Shown: piece after piece, positions 36,742 to 46,543 of the stretch | Layout of the letters: the number at the start of each line of letters is the position of its first letter | Position numbering within the stretch: the first letter of the stretch is position 1 | Origin: Candidatus Eiseniibacteriota bacterium | GTDB taxonomy: Bacteria > Eisenbacteria > RBG-16-71-46 > CAVPCR01 | DNA length: 64,000 bases | Assembly (NCBI GenBank): GCA_963702435.1 | Contig: CAVPCR010000005.1 | Location: 145,721-209,720 of the forward strand | Reading direction: 5' to 3' | Program-made: the position numbers and the translations under genes | Notes under the pieces: model-generated | Database searches by the model: none | What the model was told of the DNA's origin: nothing | The model's input: the letters and a program-made list of their open reading frames with translations, nothing else

Positions 36742-38314
36742 GGCGGCGTTCGCGATCCCGCGGGATCGTGCGGGCGCCGGCGCGGGCGAACGCGAACGCA
36801 CGGGTCGAGGGGGCGAACGCACGGGTCGAGGGGGCGAACGCACGGGTCGAGGGGGCGTTCCGAGTCGCGCGGGGGGAGCGGGCGCCGGCCGGCTCAAACA
36901 GTCCTCGCCCGCCCGCGAGCCTCAGTCCCGGACTACCACGTCCGGCGGTGTGGGCGGGCTGCGGAACTCGCCGGCCTTCGCGCCCGCTCCCCCCACGCTC
37001 CGCGACCGGTCCCATGGATGCACCCGCTCGACGATCCCGCGGGATCGCCACATAGGGCACGTGCTCTTCCCGCACTTCCCAGGCGCCACGCCCCCACGTC
37101 GATCGTCGCTCGTCGGCTGGGGTTTCGGCGTAGGCGCGGTCGAAGTCGTCCTCGGTCGGGTCGTCGGCATCGGCGAAGGCGGCCTTCTCGGCGGCCCACT
37201 TCTGCTGCCACCACCAGAGCATGTCCGCCGTCACCTCGCCGGTGTCTCCCAGGGTCCAGCCGGCGCGGGCCGTGAACACCAGGTCGCCGGAGGCGTCGTG
37301 GTTGATCACGAGCTTCCCCTCGTGCGCCTGCCGGTGATGCCACCAGCAGAGATAGATCAGGTTCTTCACCTGGTGCCGGCCGCCCTCCGCCCACGGCTTC
37401 AGGTGATGCAGATCCAGCCACAGCCGCCGCTTGCATCCCGGCACCCGGCAGCACCGCCCATCCCTGACCCCCACCGCCCGCCGCGTCACCTCGCTCACCG
37501 TGCGCGTCCCCCGACTCAGCATCTCCTCGCGCTGCAGGCGGAGCGTGCAGTCACAGAGGAGCCGCGAGAGGACTTCGGGCTTGAGCGGTGCCGCCCCGTG
37601 GGAGCTCTCCGTCCACGCCGTGCCATCCTCATCGAGGTGGACGACCACCGTGTACCGCTCCGCTGTCTTCACCTCGCCGGCGGGTCCGGAGAGGAAGTCG
37701 GCCGCCAGGAAGACGAGCGACTCGGCGGAGGAGAGCGTTGCTCCGGCCTGGCGGCGGACTTCGTCGAGCGCCCGCGTCACGAGCTCCATCTCCTCCGCCG
37801 GCAGATCCACCACCATCCGCGTGGTCGCCGCGTTCAAGGCGCTCGTCATCAGCCGCCGCGCCGGCGGCGCGCCCTTCTTGCTCCGCGCCACCTGGGTCTC
37901 CAGCTCCTCCGCGGTCAGCTTGAGTGCCCGCTCCAGCCACGCCGCTTCGGTCTCCGGCGTCACCACCCGCACCAATGTGCGCACCTTGGCGTAGGAGAGC
38001 TGGCCCGTAGCGAACGCCTGATCGATGAGGGGGAGTTCGGCGAGCGCCTGCGCCACCCGGATCCGCTGGCGCGCGGCGATGCGGCTCACCCCGCAGATGA
38101 GCTCGAGGTAGTGGGCCATGGTCGGGCAGCCGTACTCCTCGTAGCCCTCGCACTCCTCCATGCGGCGGATGAGGAGGGTGAGCCGGTGGAGATTCCAGTT
38201 CGCGAAGGCCGCGTTTCTGAGGAACTCGGCATGGAGGGCGGCGGGGGTGGACTCCCGGCCGGGGTCGGCGCCCGGCTCGGCCATCGGGTCGGCGGCGGCG
38301 GCGCTGGCGGTCAT
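36464..38314 (-). CDS. DUF222 + HNH endonuclease (13E12-repeat-type) protein. 3' end uncertain: about 150 low-complexity codons run through repeats and antisense to acdA.
   Basis: HNH motif [46 protein letters not shown]-terminal DUF222-like region. The first in-frame stop is only at 36464. The tail is Ala/Arg/Pro-rich. Confidence 0.65.
   Translation of the reverse strand: MTASAAAADPMAEPGADPGRESTPAALHAEFLRNAAFANWNLHRLTLLIRRMEECEGYEEYGCPTMAHYLELICGVSRIAARQRIRVAQALAELPLIDQAFATGQLSYAKVRTLVRVVTPETEAAWLERALKLTAEELETQVARSKKGAPPARRLMTSALNAATTRMVVDLPAEEMELVTRALDEVRRQAGATLSSAESLVFLAADFLSGPAGEVKTAERYTVVVHLDEDGTAWTESSHGAAPLKPEVLSRLLCDCTLRLQREEMLSRGTRTVSEVTRRAVGVRDGRCCRVPGCKRRLWLDLHHLKPWAEGGRHQVKNLIYLCWWHHRQAHEGKLVINHDASGDLVFTARAGWTLGDTGEVTADMLWWWQQKWAAEKAAFADADDPTEDDFDRAYAETPADERRSTWGRGAWEVREEHVPYVAIPRDRRAGASMGPVAERGGSGREGRRVPQPAHTAGRGSPGLRLAGGRGLFEPAGARSPRATRNAPSTRAFAPSTRAFAPSTRAFAFARAGARTIPRDRERRPTALRLPPPPTPSIARARSPGAGSPTCPRRSCTASCRGRTSRPGSPWCNRSRRRSGSHRWLPARPLRTRRAWPSPSAASRACRDPSSTPRGR
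36752..36771. repeat. 20-bp element GCGATCCCGCGGGATCGTGC containing the 14-bp perfect palindrome GATCCCGCGGGATC (left copy)
   Basis: Exact copy of 38424-38443, same orientation. Further palindrome copies at 37034-37047 (exact) and 38757-38768 (partial). Confidence 0.8.
36793..36855. repeat. 21-bp tandem repeat x3 (cgaacgcacgggtcgaggggg)
   Basis: Three perfect contiguous copies plus a partial one. Translated as APSTRAF x3 in the HNH ORF tail. Confidence 0.85.
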
Positions 38315-38423
38315 GGCGAACTCCTTGGTGGAAAAGCCGTTAGGTGGTTCGAGGTCGCCTGTCGCCAGAGACTATATGAATGTATAGTTAAGTCAAGGAG
38401 TTTTTTCAGGGCGGGGAGCTCAG

Positions 38424-38443
38424 GCGATCCCGCGGGATCGTGC
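38424..38443. repeat. 20-bp element GCGATCCCGCGGGATCGTGC (right copy) with the palindrome
   Basis: Identical to 36752-36771. Together the two copies bracket the HNH gene. Confidence 0.8.
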
Positions 38444-38580
38444 CTGCCGGGGGTGGGTACGCGCAGCGCGTGAGGCGGACGGGCGCAGAGGCCGGCGACT
38501 TCTGCAGCCCGCCCTCAGTGCTGGGAGTGGCGAATCTCCGACGCAGGTCGCGGGCGGGCGAAGACCGGAGCCGGCCGGCG

Positions 38581-38724
38581 CCCGCCGCCGAGCGCGACCC
38601 CGCCGCCGAGCGCGACCCCGCCGCCGAGCGCGACCCCGCCGCCGAGCGCGACCGCGCCGCCGAGGCGCGACCCCGCCGCCGGGTGCGACCGCGCCCCCAG
38701 GCGCGACCCCGCCCCCAGGCGCGC
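38581..38724. repeat. 18-bp tandem repeat (cccgccgccgagcgcgac), 4 perfect + about 4 degenerate copies
   Basis: Seen directly. Lies between the HNH gene and pdxR. Confidence 0.85.
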
Positions 38725-38943
38725 CGCCTCCGCTCGGGGGCGCTCCGCCCCCGGGCGATCCCGCGGGAGCGTTGTCACGCCGCCTTCAATCCAGATTGGA
38801 CGAGCCAATCTTCGTGCGCGCGACGCGGCCATCTCGCGCCGATCTCCTGGTTCCCACGCCAAGAACTCGCTTGACGCCCCGCCCACCGCCGCCGACAATC
38901 TCCATGCAGCGAAGCCCCAGCCAATCGATCATTGGACCATCCA

Positions 38944-40536
38944 ATGCACATCGACCTCGATCGCACACAGAGCGAGCCCGTTTACCGACAGATCGCCCTC
39001 CATCTGCGGGCGATGATCGAGTCGGGGGCCCTTCCGGCCGGCACCCGCCTGCCGCCGTCGCGCGACCTCGCGCGCACGCTCGGCGTGAACCGTGCCACGG
39101 TGACCGCGGCCTACGACGCCCTCGGCACCCTCGGCGCGGTCGAGGCCACGGTCGGGCGCGGCACCTTCGTGCGATCGCAGGCGGCGCCCATGGCTGGGGC
39201 GACGCTCGCCGCCTCGCCCGCGATCGCCGGCGCCCGCCTCAGCGCTCGAGGGAGCGACGCACCCGATACCGCCGCGGCTCCCGCCGCCTCGAGCCCCGCC
39301 ACCTTCTCGCGCGCGATCGATGAGCTGCTCCGTTATCCCGCGCGCGAGGCCGTGGCGAGCGATCACCCCCACGCGGTCGACTTCGCAGCGCTCTACCCGG
39401 ACGAGAGCCTCTTCCCGGTCACCACCTTCCGGCGCCTCATGGCCGAGGTCCTCGCCCAGCGCGGGCGCGAGCTCCTCCAGTACTCCGCTCCGGAGGGCGA
39501 TCCCGATCTTCGCGCCTACATCGCCGGCGAGCTCAGTCGGGCCGGCGTCCAGGTCGCGCCCGACGACATCCTCATCGTGAACGGGGCCCAGCAGGGGCTC
39601 GATCTCCTCCTCCGCACGTTCGTCGATCCGGGCGACCCGGTCGTCGTCGAGTCGCCGACCTACTGGAGCGTGCTCCCCGCGCTCGGCTTCTACCGGGCCG
39701 AGGTGATCGAGGTGCCGATGACGCCGCACGGCATGGACACCGACGCCCTCGCCGCCGTCCTCGCCACGCGCCGGCCGAAGCTCATCTACACGATGCCCAA
39801 CTTCCAGAATCCGACCGGCATCACGATGAACCTCGAAACGCGCCGGCGGCTCACCGATCTCGCGCGCCGCCATGCGGTGCCCGTCATCGAGGACGACTAC
39901 GAGAAGGATCTCCGCCTTCGCGGCGACGGCCTGCCGAGCCTGAAGGCGATCGCGCCCGATGCGCTCATCATGCATCTCGGCACCTTCTCGAAGGGGCTCT
40001 TTCCCGGCGTGCGCCTCGGCTGGATCGCCGCTCCTCCCGCGGTCCGCGAGCGGCTCGTCCTCGCCAAGCGCTACGCCGATCTGCACACGAGCGCGCTCGC
40101 GCAGGCGGTGATCGCCGCCTTCTGCCGCGGCGGGCACTATGCGCGACACATCGCCAAGCTCCATCGCGTCTACCGCGATCGCCGCGCGGCGCTTCTCGCC
40201 GCGCTCGAGCGCCACTTCCCGGCGGAGGCGAGCTGGACGCGTCCCGACGGCGGCTACGCGCTGTGGGTCACACTGCCGCACGAGATTCACGTCCGGGATC
40301 TCCTGGCCGAGGCCCGCGCCGAGGGCGTGGTCTTCACGCCGGGCCACTACTTCTTCAATAGCGACCGGGGTGACAACTGCCTCCGGCTCTCGATCGCGCG
40401 CGCCGATTGCGATGCGATCGAGCGCGGCGGCCAGATCCTCGGCCGGATCATCAAGCGACGGCTTCGCGCCGGCGCCGGCGCCGGCCCCGACGACCGGGTC
40501 CGGCGGGCGGCCGCCCAGGCGCTGCCGCACTTGTAG
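38944..40536 (+). CDS. pdxR: MocR/GntR-family regulator with a fused aminotransferase (PLP) domain, PdxR-like
   Basis: N-terminal GntR HTH (PVYRQIALHLRAMIESGALPAGTRLPPSRDLARTLGVNRATV) and a class-I aminotransferase fold domain. Immediately upstream of pdxS/pdxT. An alternative TTG start lies at 38932. Confidence 0.75.
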   Translation: MHIDLDRTQSEPVYRQIALHLRAMIESGALPAGTRLPPSRDLARTLGVNRATVTAAYDALGTLGAVEATVGRGTFVRSQAAPMAGATLAASPAIAGARLSARGSDAPDTAAAPAASSPATFSRAIDELLRYPAREAVASDHPHAVDFAALYPDESLFPVTTFRRLMAEVLAQRGRELLQYSAPEGDPDLRAYIAGELSRAGVQVAPDDILIVNGAQQGLDLLLRTFVDPGDPVVVESPTYWSVLPALGFYRAEVIEVPMTPHGMDTDALAAVLATRRPKLIYTMPNFQNPTGITMNLETRRRLTDLARRHAVPVIEDDYEKDLRLRGDGLPSLKAIAPDALIMHLGTFSKGLFPGVRLGWIAAPPAVRERLVLAKRYADLHTSALAQAVIAAFCRGGHYARHIAKLHRVYRDRRAALLAALERHFPAEASWTRPDGGYALWVTLPHEIHVRDLLAEARAEGVVFTPGHYFFNSDRGDNCLRLSIARADCDAIERGGQILGRIIKRRLRAGAGAGPDDRVRRAAAQALPHL

Positions 40537-40583
40537 CGCTCCGTCATCCGTAGCCCGTCATCCTTAGCAAGGAGGTGAACGTC

Positions 40584-41466
<883 letters not shown>

Positions 41467-41468
<2 letters not shown>

Positions 41469-41621
41469 GACCGGCCCGCAGTCCCGGTAGGACCGGCCCG
41501 CAGTCCCGGCAGGACCGGCCCGCAGTCCTGGCAGGACCGGCCCGCAGTCCTGGCAGGACCGGCCGGCAGTCCTGGCAGGACCGGCCGGCAGTCCCTGGTA
41601 GGACCGGCCCGCAGTCCCGGT
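41467..41621. repeat. 22-bp tandem repeat x7 (aggaccggcccgcagtcccggt and variants) in the pdxS-pdxT intergenic spacer
   Basis: Seven contiguous copies with 1-2 nt variants. The first copy overlaps the pdxS stop codon. Confidence 0.9.
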
Positions 41622-41651
41622 CACGCGAACGCCGGTCCGGAGAGACGCGTC

Positions 41652-42356
41652 ATGGCTCCACTCATCGGTCTGCTCGCCATGCAGGGCGACTACGGCGCGC
41701 ACCGTGCCATGCTCGCGCGGCTGGGCGCGCGCACGCGTTCGGTGCGCGCGGCCGCCGACCTCGAGGACCTGGCCGGGCTCGTCATCCCCGGCGGCGAATC
41801 GACGACCATGCTGCGCCTTCTCGATCGCAACGGGCTCCGCGCGGGGCTGGCCGCCTTCACCGCCGCGCGTCCGACCTTCGGCACCTGCGCCGGGCTCATC
41901 CTCCTCGCCCGCGAAGTGACGAACCCGGCCCAGGACAGCCTCGCCGTCCTGGACGTGGCGGTCGAGCGGAACGCCTACGGCCGGCAGATCGACAGCTTCG
42001 TCGGCCAGATCCGCGCCGCGGCGCTCGGCGGCGTGGTCGAGGGGGTGTTCATCCGGGCGCCGCGCATCACGCGGCTCGGCGGCGGCGTGGAAGTCCTCGG
42101 CCGGCTGGACCCGGCCGTCCGGCCCTCGTCCTCGACCGGCGACGGCGGCTGGACGGGCGACGGCGGCGCGACCGGCGAGGGCGGCGCGGCCGCACCGGAG
42201 GGCGAGGCCGTCCTCGTCCGCGAAGGACATCTCCTCGCCGCCACGTTCCATCCCGAGCTGACCGCGGATCCGCGCATCCACCGCTTCTTCCTGGACGAGA
42301 TCGTCGGCGCCGGAAGCACCGCCCGCCCGGCGCGACCCGGCGGCAGTCCGTCTTGA
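41652..42356 (+). CDS. pdxT: pyridoxal 5'-phosphate synthase, glutaminase subunit PdxT, with a Gly/Asp-rich insertion
   Basis: LAMQGDYGAHRAML...VIPGGESTTM...GTCAGLILLA...ATFHPELT (class-I glutamine amidotransferase triad context). Insertion of about 35 aa (SSSTGDGGWTGDGGATGEGGAAAPEGE). Confidence 0.85.
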   Translation: MAPLIGLLAMQGDYGAHRAMLARLGARTRSVRAAADLEDLAGLVIPGGESTTMLRLLDRNGLRAGLAAFTAARPTFGTCAGLILLAREVTNPAQDSLAVLDVAVERNAYGRQIDSFVGQIRAAALGGVVEGVFIRAPRITRLGGGVEVLGRLDPAVRPSSSTGDGGWTGDGGATGEGGAAAPEGEAVLVREGHLLAATFHPELTADPRIHRFFLDEIVGAGSTARPARPGGSPS

Positions 42357-42450
42357 CGCACGCGAGCGGCGTGCTAGTGTCTTTCGTTCCCGGCGCGCCT
42401 CCAGAGGAGGCGCCCTGCCATCCCTATCCCATGATGGAGGTTTTTTCGCG

Positions 42451-42870
42451 ATGAAGTTTCTGCACGGCACGTGCGCCCTCGCCCTCGTTCTCGCTCTCCC
42501 CTTGATCGGCTGCGGCAACAAGGCCGCCGAGCAGCAGGCGACGACCGAAGGCACTCACTCCCAGCCGGCCGCCACCGAGACGGCGGCCCCGGCCACCGAG
42601 ACGGCCCCCGCCGTTGAAGCCACCGGCACTCCGGTCACCCTCACCGGGCTCGTCGGCTGCGGCCACTGCAATTTCCAGAAGACCGAGCACTGCTCGGCGG
42701 CGATCCAGACCGCCGGCGGCGAGGTCTACGTGATCGACGGCGTCACCACCGACTCGGAGATCTGGAAGCTGCGCGAGGAGAACGCCAAGAACTGCGAGGT
42801 CGTCGGTCCCGTTGCCAAGGGCGAGGACGGGCTCAACCACATCAAGATGACATCCTACAAGGTCCTCTAG
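42451..42870 (+). CDS. small Cys-containing lipoprotein of unknown function
   Basis: Lipobox LIGC. GGAGG RBS. Conserved-looking CGHC...C. Confidence 0.55.
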   Translation: MKFLHGTCALALVLALPLIGCGNKAAEQQATTEGTHSQPAATETAAPATETAPAVEATGTPVTLTGLVGCGHCNFQKTEHCSAAIQTAGGEVYVIDGVTTDSEIWKLREENAKNCEVVGPVAKGEDGLNHIKMTSYKVL

Positions 42871-43035
42871 GCGCCGCCCGGGCGCGCCTCGGATGCGCCC
42901 TCGCGAGCGCCGGCAGCCAATCCGCGCCGTCCGCCACGACCGGCGGGCGGCGCTTCTCGTTTCCGGCGGCCGGATGCGCTACCATCTGAGGCCGGCTGTA
43001 GCCGGGTGCGCGGGGGACAAGAGAGGCGATAGCGG

Positions 43036-43281
43036 ATGACCCTCGAATTCCAGATCCCGAGCTTCCTGATCGGGCTCGTCGTCGGGCTCGCGCTGATGCT
43101 GCTGCTCGGCCAGTCCTATCATCTCTTCTTCGGCCGCAAGCGCACCCGCGAGCTGGCGCGCGAGGTGGACCGGCTGGAGAAGGTCATCGCGCAGAAGGAC
43201 CGCTACATCCGCAAGTCCCTCGACGCATTGAAGGAAGAAGGAATCGATCTCCCCGGAGCCGAGACGAGGAAGCAGACATGA
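43036..43281 (+). CDS. small single-TM membrane protein (LapA/DUF1049-like)
   Basis: N-terminal TM helix followed by a charged coiled segment. Overlaps the next ORF by 4 nt. Confidence 0.4.
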   Translation: MTLEFQIPSFLIGLVVGLALMLLLGQSYHLFFGRKRTRELAREVDRLEKVIAQKDRYIRKSLDALKEEGIDLPGAETRKQT

Positions 43282-43580
43282 ACGAACGACTGGTACGCAC
43301 GGCCAAGCAAGCCGCGATCGGCGGCATCGCCGGTTACATCGCGGAGCGCGGCATCGAGCATCTCACCGGCATCGATTTCGTGAACGGCGTGCTCGAGATC
43401 GCGGGCGCCTCGCTCGGCGCCGCCAACGCCAACCGCGACCTCGTGAGCATGGCCTACGAGGGCGCGCGTCTCGTCACCGGCAAGGAGCCGACCCGCCTCT
43501 CGAACGAGGAATGGGAGGCCGTGCGCGCGCGGTACCCGAAGGCCGTAGGCTACCTCGAACGCGCGCTGGCCGTGAGCTGA
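43278..43580 (+). CDS. hypothetical protein
   Basis: ORF translationally coupled to the previous gene. No family recognised. Confidence 0.35.
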   Translation: MNERLVRTAKQAAIGGIAGYIAERGIEHLTGIDFVNGVLEIAGASLGAANANRDLVSMAYEGARLVTGKEPTRLSNEEWEAVRARYPKAVGYLERALAVS

Positions 43581-43627
43581 GTGGCACGCTCCCACGGCAC
43601 CGCGCGCGCGGACCATCCCCACTCGCC

Positions 43628-44299
43628 ATGGCCACCCTCACCACCCTCATCGCCGCCGCCCTGCTCCGGCTCGGACTTCAGATCTCGAAGGAGCGCGGCT
43701 GGTATCCGAGCTCCTACTACGTGAAGAGCGCGCTCGATGCGCTGCGTGCCGACCAGATGGAGCGGGCCATCGCCGAGCTCGGGAAGGCCTGGCGGGAGGA
43801 GCCGAGCGAGGAGGTGCAGGTGGCGCGCGAGGTGATCCTCATGCGTCTTGATGCGGAGGATGACCGGCTCGCCGGGCGCGAGTCGGCAGCACAGAAGCTC
43901 CGCGATGCGGCAAGCGGCGAGATCACGGTGCTCGAGATCCGGCTCCGGCGGCTCGCCTTCGCCTACAACCCGCGCCTCGCCTGGATCGCGGCCGGCGCGG
44001 CAGCCGCGGTGATCGCCGTGGCCATCCTCGCCGCCGCTCGCTTCGCTCTCGCCCCGGCGGCCGCGGCAACCGGGGTCGCGTTTTTCGCGGTCGCCGCCGG
44101 CGCCCTGCTCAGGGTCGACCGGCGGCGCCAGCAGGCGGAGTTCGCGGCGCATCGCGCCGCACTGGGCGAAGGGGTGGCGGCGGAAATCGAGATCCTCCGG
44201 GCCGAGATCGCGGAGCGGGAGTCCGAGCTCACCGCCCTCGCGATCGAGCGCCGGAGGATCGCCGAGCACGTGCGCGCGCTGCCCGGCGCGCCGGTCTAG
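43628..44299 (+). CDS. hypothetical membrane/coiled-coil protein
   Basis: N-terminal hydrophobic segment. Start chosen at MATLTTLIAAALL. Confidence 0.35.
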   Translation: MATLTTLIAAALLRLGLQISKERGWYPSSYYVKSALDALRADQMERAIAELGKAWREEPSEEVQVAREVILMRLDAEDDRLAGRESAAQKLRDAASGEITVLEIRLRRLAFAYNPRLAWIAAGAAAAVIAVAILAAARFALAPAAAATGVAFFAVAAGALLRVDRRRQQAEFAAHRAALGEGVAAEIEILRAEIAERESELTALAIERRRIAEHVRALPGAPV

Positions 44300-44928
44300 A
44301 AGCGGTAGATAGCGCCGGCCAGCATCTCGAACTGGTGCGAGTAGTCGGCATCGCCGTACGTGTAGCAACCCCAGTACGGGTCGCACCAGTAACCGTCGGA
44401 ATCGGTCTTGATGTAGGTCGGTGTCCAGCGAACGCCGAAGCGGGCACCCAGCTTCCCGCCGGGGAAGACCTTGACGCCCCCGCCCCAGGTGGTCGAGAAC
44501 CTGGTCTCGTTGTCCACGTCGACACCCTCGATGTCGCCCGTCACGTAGTGCGTGGCGCCCAGGCCCACGAGGAAGTACGGGATGACCTGGGGGTTCACGC
44601 CGATGTTGTAGCAGTAGTAGGCATGGTAGTTGTTGACATCCAGATCGACGAGATCGGTGTCCCCGCCGGTGTAGCCGCCGCCGATGAGGGTGCTCTGCTG
44701 CTGGGACATCATGAAGCCGATCTCGGAGAACCGGTTGACGAAGAACCCAAAGTTGAAGCCGTAGGAAAGGCCGCTCTCCGGATCGACCTCGTCGTAGACG
44801 ATCCCGTCGATCTCGACGCCTTCGCTGAACGTATAGCCGATGTGTGCGCCGATCTCGGCCTTGGGCGGCTGCGCCGCCGCCGCCGAGGCCACGAGCAGAA
44901 GTAACGCAGCCAGAACGATCTTGCCCAT
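44296..44928 (-). CDS. outer-membrane beta-barrel protein (OmpA-like/porin family barrel)
   Basis: Signal peptide MGKIVLAALLLLVASAAAA with a GGAGGAGG RBS. Alternating amphipathic strands. C-terminal ...AGAIYRF (aromatic terminus). Confidence 0.65.
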   Translation of the reverse strand: MGKIVLAALLLLVASAAAAQPPKAEIGAHIGYTFSEGVEIDGIVYDEVDPESGLSYGFNFGFFVNRFSEIGFMMSQQQSTLIGGGYTGGDTDLVDLDVNNYHAYYCYNIGVNPQVIPYFLVGLGATHYVTGDIEGVDVDNETRFSTTWGGGVKVFPGGKLGARFGVRWTPTYIKTDSDGYWCDPYWGCYTYGDADYSHQFEMLAGAIYRF

Positions 44929-45101
44929 CTCTACCCCTCCTCCTTGAAGTCTGAGGTGAGGAACGAGCTCCTGTAGCCCGGTTCTCACTGTCGGCGGGGA
45001 GGATACCACAGGTTGCATGCCACCCCTCCCCCGCGGTCGCGGAGGATAGCATGGCCGCTCACCGCTTGCCACGGGTGCGGCCAGCCGCTAGCGTCCCGGC
45101 C

Positions 45102-46532
45102 ATGACCCTGCCCCCGCACAAGACCAGGATCGTGGCCACTCTCGGCCCTGCGTCCGAGTCACCGGCCGTCATGGAAGCCATGATCCAGGCCGGCATGAAC
45201 GTGGCCCGGCTCAACTTCTCCCACGGCGACTTCGCCACCCACGGCCGCCTCATCCGAACCCTGCGCGCCGCCGCCGGCGCTGCGGGCCGGGACGTGGCCA
45301 TCCTCGCCGACCTCCCCGGACCGAAGATGCGGATCGGCCGGCTCGCGAGCGAGCCGCTCGATCTCACGCCGGGGGCTGCATTCACGCTCACGACGGAGGC
45401 GGTGACCGGCGACGCGACCCGCGCCGCGGTCAGCTTCGCGCGGCTGCCCGCCGTCGTCCGGCCGGGCGACCGGCTCTTCCTGAACGACGGTTTGATCCAG
45501 CTCGAGGTGACCGGGGTCGCTCCACCCGAGGTGCACTGCCGCGTGGTGGCCGGCGGCGAGCTCCGTTCGCGGAAAGGGCTCAACATCCCCGGCATCGACC
45601 TCGGGGTCTCTGCCTTCACCGAGCGCGACCGCGAATGCCTGCGCTTCGCCATCGAAAACGGAGTGGACCTCGTCAGCCAGTCGTTCGTCGAGTCGGCGGC
45701 CGACATCGCGGCGGTGCGCGCGGCAGCGGCCGACTGCGGTCGGGTGCCCTTCCTCATCGCCAAGATCGAGCGCTCGCGGGCCCTCGAGCGCGTGGACGAG
45801 ATCCTCGCCGCCGCGGACGGCATGATGATCGCGCGCGGCGACCTCGGGGTCGAGGTGCCGATCGAACGCATGGCCGTGATCCAGAAGGATCTCATGAGAC
45901 GCGCGATGCGCGCCGGCAAGCCGGTGATCACGGCGACCCAGATGCTCGAGTCGATGACCGCGAACCCGCGGCCCACGCGCGCCGAGGCGACCGACGTGGC
46001 GAACGCGGTCCTCGACGGCACCGACTGCGTGATGCTGTCCGGGGAATCGGCGACCGGGAAGTACCCGGTCGAGGCGGTCGCGACCCTCGCCCGGATCGCG
46101 GCCGCCACCGAGCCCGAGCGCAACCGGTTCGAGTTCTGGGAGCAGCTGAAGACGCTCCGCCCCGAGCTCGATCTCGCGATGTCGGACCTGGTCTCCCTGA
46201 GCGTCGAGGCGATGCTCACGGGGACGGTCGCCGCCCTTGTCCTCGTCCCGACGCGGAGCGGCGCCACACCGCGCTCGATCGCGCGCTTCCGCTTGCCGGT
46301 ATGGATCGCGGCGCCGAGCGAAAACGAGGCCACGCGCCGCGCGCTCCTCCTCTCCTACGGCGCACACCCACTGGCGGTGCCCGACCCGACCCCCGACTGG
46401 AGCGAGTTCGCGCGCCGCTTCGCGCGCGAGCAGGGCCTCGCGGGTCGGGTCGCGCTCCTCGTCGTCGGCCCGTCGCGGGCCAATCCCGGCATCAATCATC
46501 GGGTCGAGCTGATCGCGCTCGAGTCCGGCTAG
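45102..46532 (+). CDS. pyk: pyruvate kinase
   Basis: KTRIVATLGPAS...MNVARLNFSHGD...GDLGVEVP...MLESM signatures. Confidence 0.9.
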   Translation: MTLPPHKTRIVATLGPASESPAVMEAMIQAGMNVARLNFSHGDFATHGRLIRTLRAAAGAAGRDVAILADLPGPKMRIGRLASEPLDLTPGAAFTLTTEAVTGDATRAAVSFARLPAVVRPGDRLFLNDGLIQLEVTGVAPPEVHCRVVAGGELRSRKGLNIPGIDLGVSAFTERDRECLRFAIENGVDLVSQSFVESAADIAAVRAAAADCGRVPFLIAKIERSRALERVDEILAAADGMMIARGDLGVEVPIERMAVIQKDLMRRAMRAGKPVITATQMLESMTANPRPTRAEATDVANAVLDGTDCVMLSGESATGKYPVEAVATLARIAAATEPERNRFEFWEQLKTLRPELDLAMSDLVSLSVEAMLTGTVAALVLVPTRSGATPRSIARFRLPVWIAAPSENEATRRALLLSYGAHPLAVPDPTPDWSEFARRFAREQGLAGRVALLVVGPSRANPGINHRVELIALESG

Positions 46533-46543
46533 CGCCGGGCTCT

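Noticed and set aside
36922-37454. Small ORFs antisense to the HNH gene and the 85-aa + ORF at 37018
   Set aside because: Low-complexity Arg/Pro-rich translations. No RBS or motif support.
42871-43035. GC-rich inverted repeat after the lipoprotein gene as a rho-independent terminator
   Set aside because: The stem is possible (ggcgc...gcgcc) but there is no U-tract. It cannot be called confidently.
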